A DNA stretch of 48,326 nucleotides from positions 1 to 48,326 of the forward strand of contig JBAXLH010000006.1 of the NCBI GenBank assembly GCA_037134875.1, given 5' to 3'. The notes under the pieces are model-generated. The model ran no database searches. It worked only from the letters and a program-made list of their open reading frames with translations, and was not told where the DNA came from. The position numbers were made by a program, and so were the translations under genes. The stretch is from a bacterium (lineage in GTDB: Bacteria > Patescibacteriota > Minisyncoccia > Phycocordibacterales > DATDWN01). Below, in pieces: positions 40,500 through 48,326 of the stretch (the first letter of the stretch is position 1; every line of letters starts with the position of its first letter).

Positions 40500-41243
40500 C
40501 TATTGTATTTGTGATTTAAGTAAGTATCTAAATATTTCAGTAAACTTTAGCCAAAATCTAGTCCAGTTTTTTTCAACAACATTTTGGTTCAAAAAAATTG
40601 CATCTCCAGCGTATGTTCCAATGTTTGTAAATCCTAAGAAAATAAAACCACTTTTTTTAAAAAAAGATTTAATATCTCTGAAAAGAGGTTGTTTTTCATA
40701 TATTTCAAAAAACTCAATTTCCAAGTGTACTATTTTCACTTGGCTAATTTTATCATCGAGGCCTTTTAGAGCATTGAGCTCAGATCCTTGGATATCCATC
40801 CAGAGAAGATCGATCGAAGATATATTTTTTTGTCGTAAAAATGTTGCAAGTTTTGTTGTCTCAACTTCTACTTCGTCTTGCTCATATTTTTCCAGAGGGT
40901 ATTTGCCGGAGGCTTTGAGTAGGGAAGATGCTCCAGGGTTGCCATCTTTCCAGACTGTTACAGTTTTATCTTTGTTTATAGGATAAAATGTTACTTTACC
41001 GTCAAAATTGGTCACAGCTTTTTCTATCAAGTTTATATTTTTGGAATTCTTAATATTTTTTCTGCAAAGTCCGAGAGTATTTGGATTGCATTCAAATGCA
41101 TATATTGTGCTTTCTGGTAATAATTCTCTAAACGACAAAGTATCAACACAGTCACGTGCTCCTACCTCAAAAACATTCACAATTTTATTTTTGGGAACAT
41201 ATTTTTTAGCAGTTTGAACAAAAATAGAAAGTGATTGTTGCAT
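40500..41243 (-). CDS. FkbM family methyltransferase
   Basis: FEVGA, AFECNP, LLWMDIQGSELNALKG. Confidence 0.88.
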   Translation of the reverse strand: MQQSLSIFVQTAKKYVPKNKIVNVFEVGARDCVDTLSFRELLPESTIYAFECNPNTLGLCRKNIKNSKNINLIEKAVTNFDGKVTFYPINKDKTVTVWKDGNPGASSLLKASGKYPLEKYEQDEVEVETTKLATFLRQKNISSIDLLWMDIQGSELNALKGLDDKISQVKIVHLEIEFFEIYEKQPLFRDIKSFFKKSGFIFLGFTNIGTYAGDAIFLNQNVVEKNWTRFWLKFTEIFRYLLKSQIQ

Positions 41244-41250
41244 GTGGAAA

Positions 41251-42489
41251 TTAGCTATTTATCTCCCAATCTAGATGAGGTCTTACTACGCCGTGAAATT
41301 CACCAGAGTAGCCATTTCTTTCTTTTGCATCTACAAAATCATCTACTTTAAATGTCATTTCTTGTATGGCATGATCGAATGTTGGGCCGAAAGAGACGAG
41401 GGCAATTTTCACTTTATAATATCTACTATTTAGAAGATGTGCTGGTATCCAAGATGTGACTGAGTGCAAACCTTTTTCGTATTTGGGATTTTGACAAATA
41501 TTATGAAAGACTTCTACTCCATCTGTGGTAGAAATAAGATAGTTTGGTATGATTTTTAAATCTCCTTTTACTTCATACTCAATGTGAATTCCAATTTTCT
41601 CTGCAGTGGTAAAATGCACCGAAGATTCATCTTTTTCATTCACAACTTTGCAATTAATTATTTGAGCGTATTCATCACCACTTTTTAATGTAACAGAATT
41701 ATCACTTATATCTTTTTTGTATAGTTCAATCACTTCCGCAGTCTCTCCAATTTTTTTTATTTTTCCATGTTCAAGTAAGATAGTTTTTTGGCAGAGCTGT
41801 TTTATTGCTCCCATATTATGACTTACAAAGAGGATTGTTCGCCCCTCTGATTTTGTTACTTCTTCCATTTTTCCCAGACACTTTTTCTGAAATTCGGCAT
41901 CACCCACAGCCAAAACTTCGTCCACAATCAAAATCTCTGGCTCCATGTGGGCTGCAACTGAAAAGGCAAGACGAACATACATTCCGCTGGAATAATATTT
42001 TACCGGAGTATCCAAAAATTTTTCTATTCCGGCAAAAGAAACTATTTTCTCAAATTTTTTGACAATCTCTTTTTTTGTCATTCCTAGAATGGCGCCATTA
42101 AGAAAAATATTTTCACGCCCAGTAAGCTCGGGGTGAAAACCTGTACCAACTTCAAGTAGAGAACCAATGCGTCCGCGAATTTTTATTTCACCTTCGGTCG
42201 GCGGGGTAATCTGAGAAAGAATTTTGAGCAGTGTGGATTTGCCAGCACCATTGTGTCCAATAATACCAATAACCTCACCTTTGTTTACGGAAAAACTGAC
42301 ATCCTTGAGTGCCCAAAAATCTTCTTTCTTTTCCATTCCTACTGCAAGGCGAATTTTTGTTCTCAAAAATTTGAATGGTGCCTTTAATACGTTTACAAGT
42401 ACATCTCGCAGAGCAACATATCCGCCACGTTGATGTGTGATGTTATATTTTTTCCCTATATGTTTTACCTCAATTATTGGTTTTTGCAT
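41251..42489 (-). CDS. wzt: Polysaccharide ABC exporter ATPase with C-terminal carbohydrate-binding domain
   Basis: GHNGAGKST, YSSGMYVRLAF, VDEVLAVGD, Wzt-C extension. Confidence 0.93.
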   Translation of the reverse strand: MQKPIIEVKHIGKKYNITHQRGGYVALRDVLVNVLKAPFKFLRTKIRLAVGMEKKEDFWALKDVSFSVNKGEVIGIIGHNGAGKSTLLKILSQITPPTEGEIKIRGRIGSLLEVGTGFHPELTGRENIFLNGAILGMTKKEIVKKFEKIVSFAGIEKFLDTPVKYYSSGMYVRLAFSVAAHMEPEILIVDEVLAVGDAEFQKKCLGKMEEVTKSEGRTILFVSHNMGAIKQLCQKTILLEHGKIKKIGETAEVIELYKKDISDNSVTLKSGDEYAQIINCKVVNEKDESSVHFTTAEKIGIHIEYEVKGDLKIIPNYLISTTDGVEVFHNICQNPKYEKGLHSVTSWIPAHLLNSRYYKVKIALVSFGPTFDHAIQEMTFKVDDFVDAKERNGYSGEFHGVVRPHLDWEINS

Positions 42490-42490
42490 A

Positions 42491-43327
42491 TTATATTATG
42501 TCAGCAAAATATCTTTCTGTTTTTTTGAAAATGTAAACTCCAAAAATCATAAGGAGAAGTGTACCGACAAGTGAGATTTCAATAAGCACCCAGTTAATTG
42601 GAGTCGTGCCGAGTAGTGCTGCTCGCGCGCCCTGAATAACACCCATCATTGGGTTGAGTGCAAGAATAAAAGAATATTTTCCCGCAATAGATGCTGGGTA
42701 AATAACTGGTGTCAAAAATAAAAGTATCTGAATGAAAAATGGTAGTGCATATCTTACATCGCGATATTTTACATTTATAGAAGCCAAGAAAAGTCCAAGA
42801 CCGACAGAAGCCATAAATGTAATGATAAGTAGAACAGGCAAGATCAAAAGTCCGGAGAGGTGTGGCATATAGCCGTAGTACATCATCATTCCAACTAAAA
42901 TAATTGTTGCCACGGCAAAATCAATAAATTTTGTGACAACACTTGAGATAGGAAGAATGAGTCGTGGAAAATAAACTTTTGTGATGATTGCTTGGTTGGA
43001 AATGAGAGCACTGCTTGTATCTGAAAGTGCTGATGAGAAAAATTGCCAAAATAAAAGTCCGACAAAAACAAAAATAGGGTATGGAACTCCATCAGACGGC
43101 ATTTTTGCTAGACCCCCAAAGAAAACAGAAAAAACCACCATTGTAATGAAAGGTTGAAAAACTGCCCATGCAACACCAATAGCTGTCTGTTTGTAGCGCA
43201 CCTTGAGATCTCGCCATACAAAAAAATACATGAGCTCTTTGTATCTCCACAGCTCGCGTATGTCCTCAAAACTGAACATTTTCTTGGGTCGAATGACAGT
43301 TTCCTTTAGACTGGTCGATTGATTCAT
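42491..43327 (-). CDS. wzm: Polysaccharide ABC exporter permease
   Basis: RDLKVRYKQT.IG..W, KVYFPR, YRDV, TPVIY, LNP. Confidence 0.93.
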   Translation of the reverse strand: MNQSTSLKETVIRPKKMFSFEDIRELWRYKELMYFFVWRDLKVRYKQTAIGVAWAVFQPFITMVVFSVFFGGLAKMPSDGVPYPIFVFVGLLFWQFFSSALSDTSSALISNQAIITKVYFPRLILPISSVVTKFIDFAVATIILVGMMMYYGYMPHLSGLLILPVLLIITFMASVGLGLFLASINVKYRDVRYALPFFIQILLFLTPVIYPASIAGKYSFILALNPMMGVIQGARAALLGTTPINWVLIEISLVGTLLLMIFGVYIFKKTERYFADII

Positions 43328-43408
43328 AGTTAAGAGAATCATACCAGATGAGGAGATTTTTTTCTAGTTAAAAATAATCGATATGGTATACTACTCACAA
43401 CTCAATAT

Positions 43409-44512
43409 ATGACAACAAAAAGTAAAAAAGGACTGAAAAAAGTTTTTGTTTCTGGTTGTTATGACATCCTTCACGCCGGACATGTGGAATTTTTTAGACA
43501 AGCAAAGGCGCTCGGAGACTATTTGATCGTTTCATTTGCGAGTGATGAAGTTCTTATGAAGTACAAAGGCAGAAAATCCGCTTTGCCCGAAGAACACAAA
43601 AAATTTCTCCTAGAAAATATTTCTGTTGTAGACGAAGTGGTCAAGGGAGAAAATCTGGACGATCCGATTTTTGATTTTAAGGACTCATTTTTAAAACTGA
43701 GGCCGGATATTCTCGCTTCAACAGAAGATGACAAACATGCGGAGGAAAAAAGAGAATTCTGTCTTGCGCACGGAGCACAATATATTCAACTCCCAAAAAC
43801 TCTCGGATTCGAAAAAATTTCTACGACTGAAATGCGAGAAAGTATTATGGTGCCGGCGGAAGTCCATGTGCGTGTTGATTTTGCCGGAGGATGGCTCGAT
43901 GTTCCAAAATTTTCACGTAAGGGAGCGTATATTGTAAATTGTACGATAGATTCCTCGGTCAGTTTGACAAAGTGGCAATATCAAAAAGGAGCGGGACTTG
44001 GTGGATCGGCAGCACACGCTGTACTCACTGGATTTAATCCAATCAAATCAGAACTCAGTTTAGGCGTCGGTTGGCAAGATCCGGCAGTCATTTTGGAAAC
44101 AGGTCTGTGTGTCTGGAGAAGTGGCAAAAAGCCGGTTTTGGAACTGAAAGCAAATCCTGACTTTTTGAAAGGCACAATGGCGCTCTTTTGGACCGGTGAA
44201 AATCATTACACTCCGGGAACAGTGTTTCGAAAAAGAAATTATGATGCAATAGAGCTTGCAGGTAAAACGGCACATGACGCTGTTGTAAAAAAAGATTTTA
44301 AAAAATTATGCAAAGCTGTCGGTTTGTCGTATAAAGCCCAACTAGAAGAGGGAATGAAAACACTTCCATTGCTCGGTGAAATTTCAAAGAAATATTGTGG
44401 TGGTGGATATGGTGGATATGCATTGTATATGTTTGAGAGCGAAACCGCTCGTAAAAAATTCTTGAAAAACAAAAATACGTTAGCTATTGAGCCATATATT
44501 AGAGAGTATTAG
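43409..44512 (+). CDS. Cytidylyltransferase-like (HxGH) domain fused to a compact GHMP sugar-kinase-like domain
   Basis: SGCYDILHAGH...ISTT; then RVDFAGGWLD, GAGLGGSAA, GWQD, KYCGGGYGG. Confidence 0.8.
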   Translation: MTTKSKKGLKKVFVSGCYDILHAGHVEFFRQAKALGDYLIVSFASDEVLMKYKGRKSALPEEHKKFLLENISVVDEVVKGENLDDPIFDFKDSFLKLRPDILASTEDDKHAEEKREFCLAHGAQYIQLPKTLGFEKISTTEMRESIMVPAEVHVRVDFAGGWLDVPKFSRKGAYIVNCTIDSSVSLTKWQYQKGAGLGGSAAHAVLTGFNPIKSELSLGVGWQDPAVILETGLCVWRSGKKPVLELKANPDFLKGTMALFWTGENHYTPGTVFRKRNYDAIELAGKTAHDAVVKKDFKKLCKAVGLSYKAQLEEGMKTLPLLGEISKKYCGGGYGGYALYMFESETARKKFLKNKNTLAIEPYIREY

Positions 44513-44545
44513 CATCACATTTTAATATTTGATATACTTTTGGGT

Positions 44546-46720
44546 ATGATGAAAAAATTACTTTCGTATTCGGTTATGACTGGGCTTTTTTTGGTTCCAT
44601 TCATACCGTTTATTGTGGCGGGAAATATGTATTTCCCATTTATTACCGGAAAAGGTTTTACGTTTAGAATTTTGGTTGAAATCGTGTTTGGTTTGTACGC
44701 TCTGCTCGCTGTATTGTATCCGGAATATCGGCCAAAAAAGTCATGGATAACATATTCTGTACTTATTTTTACTGGTGCGATTTTGATTGCGGATATTTTC
44801 AGTGTAAATTCATACAAAAGTCTGTGGAGCAACTATGAAAGAATGGAAGGTTTTGTTCTCATTGCTCATTTGCTTCTTCTATATATTTCCGCAACATCAG
44901 TTTTTACAAAAAAGATTTGGGATTATTTTTGGAACACAACAATTTTGGCGAGTGTGATTATGTCATTGTATGGTGTATTACAGCTTTCCGGCGCACTGAC
45001 GATAAACCAGGGTGGTGTTCGTGTTGATGCGACACTTGGCAACTCGGCATACCTCGCTATCTATCTTGTTGTACATATTTTTCTTTGTTTGTATTTCATT
45101 GCAAACAAATTTAAACCAAAATGGCAAAAATGGATGTATGGAATGGCAGCAATACTTGAGACAGTTATTTTGTATTACACAGCAACACGAGGAGCGATAC
45201 TCGGTATTATCGGTGGCCTCATCCTTTCCGCAATCATTATTATTATCAAAGAAAAACAAAGTCCGCAGATCAAAAAAATCTCATACGCGTTTCTCGGTGT
45301 TCTTATTGTTCTTGTGGGAGGCTTTTATCTCATCCGCAACGCGTCATTTGTTCAGAAAAGTCCGGTACTTTCCAGATTTGCAACACTCAGTCCTGCCGAA
45401 ATAAAAACTCAAGGCAGATATTTTGTCTGGCCAATGGCGATCAAGGGCGTGATAGAGAAACCAATCTTTGGTTGGGGACAGGAAAGTTTCAACTTTGTTT
45501 TCAACAAGTATTATGATCCACGAATGTATGGTCAGGAGCAGTGGTTTGATAGAACACACGATGTGTTTCTCGATTGGCTTATTGCCGGAGGTATTGTTGG
45601 TTTCTTGTCGTATGCTGGAATGTATGTAGCTCTCCTTTATTTTATTTGGAAGAAAAAAGAAAATGATGATTTGTCAGTAACCGAAAAAAGTATTTTCACT
45701 GGAATGATTGCTGCATACATTTTTCACAACATATTTGTGTTTGATAATCTCACGAGCTATGTGCTATTTTTCTCACTTCTTGCATATGTAAACTCTGTGA
45801 GGATTCCGGGTCCAAATTTGAAAAGTCCGTTTTATTCAAAAAAATTACTGAGCGAAGTGACGAGTTATATCGTGGCGCCTGTTATCGGAATACTGACAAT
45901 CGGAGTCGTATATTTTGTAAATGTGCCAGCAATGACAGCAAACACCACTCTCATTCAAGCCATGAGTCCACAGGGAGGTATCAGTAAAAACTTGGAGCTC
46001 TTCAAAAAAACATTTGATGAGAATTCATTTGGCTCGAGCGAGGCACTAGAGCAACTCATAATGGTTTCCTCGCAGATACTTTCTGCACAACAAATTTCCG
46101 TAACAGATAAACAGCAGTTCATCGCGTTCACTTCACAGAAAATTGCAGACAAAATAAAACAGACACCCGGTGATACGCGATACCTTGTTTTCGGCGGAAG
46201 CTTTTTCAATCGGATAGGTCAATATGATCAAGCGATTGTGTATCTCGATAAAGCAATTGAAACCTCTCCAAAAAAACAGGAAATTTATTACGAACTCGGC
46301 TCCGCATATATCGGAAAAGGAGACTATCAAAAAGCGTTTGAAGTGTTCAAAAAAGCATATGATCTCGAGCCCGTATCTCCCGAGTCACAACTCATCTATG
46401 CTATTGGAGGAATTTATGTCAAAAATGCAGCGGTCGTAAAAGATATGTTTGCAAAACTTGATCCCGACAAAGTAATGAATGATAACAGAATTATTCAAGC
46501 ATATATTGGAATAGGAGATCATCAAGACGTGATTGCAATTCTAAATTACCGAGTACAAAAAGACCCAACAAACGCACAAAATAAACTCTCTCTCGCCTCG
46601 GAATATATGACGATCGGCCAGAAACAAAAAGCCATTGATATTATTCAACAAATGATTAAAGACGATCCGACATTCAAGACCCAAGGCGAAACGTACATAA
46701 AGCAAATACAGAACAGTTAG
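44546..46720 (+). CDS. O-antigen ligase/oligosaccharyltransferase-like (Wzy_C) membrane protein with C-terminal TPRs
   Basis: ATLGN..YL, TATRGA, R...W, PIFGWG.E.F, DRTHD (AHN-equivalent), TPR motifs. Confidence 0.88.
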   Translation: MMKKLLSYSVMTGLFLVPFIPFIVAGNMYFPFITGKGFTFRILVEIVFGLYALLAVLYPEYRPKKSWITYSVLIFTGAILIADIFSVNSYKSLWSNYERMEGFVLIAHLLLLYISATSVFTKKIWDYFWNTTILASVIMSLYGVLQLSGALTINQGGVRVDATLGNSAYLAIYLVVHIFLCLYFIANKFKPKWQKWMYGMAAILETVILYYTATRGAILGIIGGLILSAIIIIIKEKQSPQIKKISYAFLGVLIVLVGGFYLIRNASFVQKSPVLSRFATLSPAEIKTQGRYFVWPMAIKGVIEKPIFGWGQESFNFVFNKYYDPRMYGQEQWFDRTHDVFLDWLIAGGIVGFLSYAGMYVALLYFIWKKKENDDLSVTEKSIFTGMIAAYIFHNIFVFDNLTSYVLFFSLLAYVNSVRIPGPNLKSPFYSKKLLSEVTSYIVAPVIGILTIGVVYFVNVPAMTANTTLIQAMSPQGGISKNLELFKKTFDENSFGSSEALEQLIMVSSQILSAQQISVTDKQQFIAFTSQKIADKIKQTPGDTRYLVFGGSFFNRIGQYDQAIVYLDKAIETSPKKQEIYYELGSAYIGKGDYQKAFEVFKKAYDLEPVSPESQLIYAIGGIYVKNAAVVKDMFAKLDPDKVMNDNRIIQAYIGIGDHQDVIAILNYRVQKDPTNAQNKLSLASEYMTIGQKQKAIDIIQQMIKDDPTFKTQGETYIKQIQNS

Positions 46721-46738
46721 AATTTTTCGACTATTTTC

Positions 46739-46772
46739 AAAAACTCGACTTCTAAATAGGGGTCGAGTTTTT
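46739..46772 (+). terminator. Intrinsic terminator
   Basis: aaaaactcgacttcta-aa-taggggtcgagttttt. Confidence 0.75.
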
Positions 46773-46816
46773 GTTTACAAAAAGAAAATTGTGAGTAGTA
46801 TGGACAAAAGAAAAAT

Positions 46817-47272
46817 ATGTGGATTCCTGAGGAAGTTTTTAAGACAATCTTAAAGTCTGTTCCAAGGGTAACAGTGGATTTGATCATTGTGAGACCTTCG
46901 GGTAAAGGTTTTGCTTTGGAATTTCTTTTGGCAAAAAGGAAACAACGTCCCTCTGTTGGACAGTGGTTTATCCCCGGAGGAAGTATTCTCAAAGGGGAGA
47001 GGATTCAAAAAGCAGTGCGACGACAACTCAAAAGAGAAATGGGTCTTACTGCCGAGAAAATCCTTTTTGTTGGTGCTATGGATTTTTTTGGTGTCAACGA
47101 CATGAATATAAGATATCATTCAGTTATGCTTCTTCATATGGTTTATGTGGAGGCTGATTCTAAGACCAATCCAAACCGTGAGAATGGTTCGGTAAAATGG
47201 TTTTCGAAAATCAATCCTCATTGGAGAAAAACAGTGCGAGAAGCACTAGCAATGGCCGGATTTACTCAATAG
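46817..47272 (+). CDS. Nudix hydrolase, GDP-mannose mannosyl hydrolase-like
   Basis: VPRVTVDLII, KR...P..G.WFIPGG.I.KGE, degenerate Nudix box RQLKREMG. Confidence 0.8.
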   Translation: MWIPEEVFKTILKSVPRVTVDLIIVRPSGKGFALEFLLAKRKQRPSVGQWFIPGGSILKGERIQKAVRRQLKREMGLTAEKILFVGAMDFFGVNDMNIRYHSVMLLHMVYVEADSKTNPNRENGSVKWFSKINPHWRKTVREALAMAGFTQ

Positions 47273-47338
47273 AAAATAAAATTTAAGTAGGGGTGGGAAC
47301 TATAAACAGTACCACCTTTTTGTTTAATTTTAGGAAGC

Positions 47339-47366
47339 TTGACTTCATTTATAATATGTATATACT
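47339..47366 (+). promoter_or_regulatory. Probable rRNA operon promoter, with a boxA-like motif downstream (~47399-47412)
   Basis: TTGACT-N16-TATACT; agttcattgacaat. Confidence 0.6.
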
Positions 47367-47639
47367 GTACAGGTGCCTTAAGTAGGCGCATTTTTGAAAG
47401 TTCATTGACAATCAAATTGAATTTGCCCAGTCCTTTCAGGGGCTGGGTGAGAACATATTTAGTGCAAGTTTTACGTAAGTAAATTTCTTTAAATAAGTTT
47501 CGGATTGAAAAGTAAAGCAATGCTTTTCAACATCAATATACATAAAAGATACACACAAAAGTCACAACAGCCAGAAAATAAAAAAATTATATTTTTCTTT
47601 ATTTTGTTCCGTTCTCCATGAAGTTTTTGATTAAACTTT

Positions 47640-48326
<687 letters not shown>

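Noticed and set aside
40420-40986. 188-aa plus-strand ORF and other antisense ORFs over the glycan genes, ligA (16359-16943) and the ATPase tail (22978-23499)
   Set aside because: Antisense to well-supported genes, with no motifs.

Overview
AT-rich chromosomal segment of a Candidate Phyla Radiation (Patescibacteria, most likely Parcubacteria/OD1) bacterium, judged from 16S rRNA signatures and gene content. Left to right it holds: small hypothetical and membrane genes; a divergent comF; a type IV pilus/competence cluster (pilM-N-O-P-like, pilB, orphan receiver, pilT, pilC, major pilin, pilD, four minor pilins, no secretin) coupled to ligA; a variable slot with a very GC-rich ORFan and a NYN nuclease; a DUF4015 hydrolase; a TraD/VirD4/HerA-like ATPase; a ~23 kb surface-glycan locus (GT4/GT2/GT-C/GT11, methyltransferases, Wzm/Wzt, nucleotidyltransferase-GHMP kinase fusion, O-antigen-ligase/TPR protein, Nudix); and the 5' part of a 16S rRNA gene. 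The most striking unexplained signal is a family of 8 intergenic 115-145 bp elements between 4.2 and 24.9 kb. Each has a conserved ~55-nt two-hairpin core (GACG and AGCA loops, bulged A, clear stem covariation) enclosed by ~30-bp inverted arms that differ between copies yet are near-perfect within each copy. Arm mismatches are G-U/G-T wobbles on the core-sense strand, whichever way the surrounding genes are transcribed. All calls come from reading the sequence by eye; no database searches were run.
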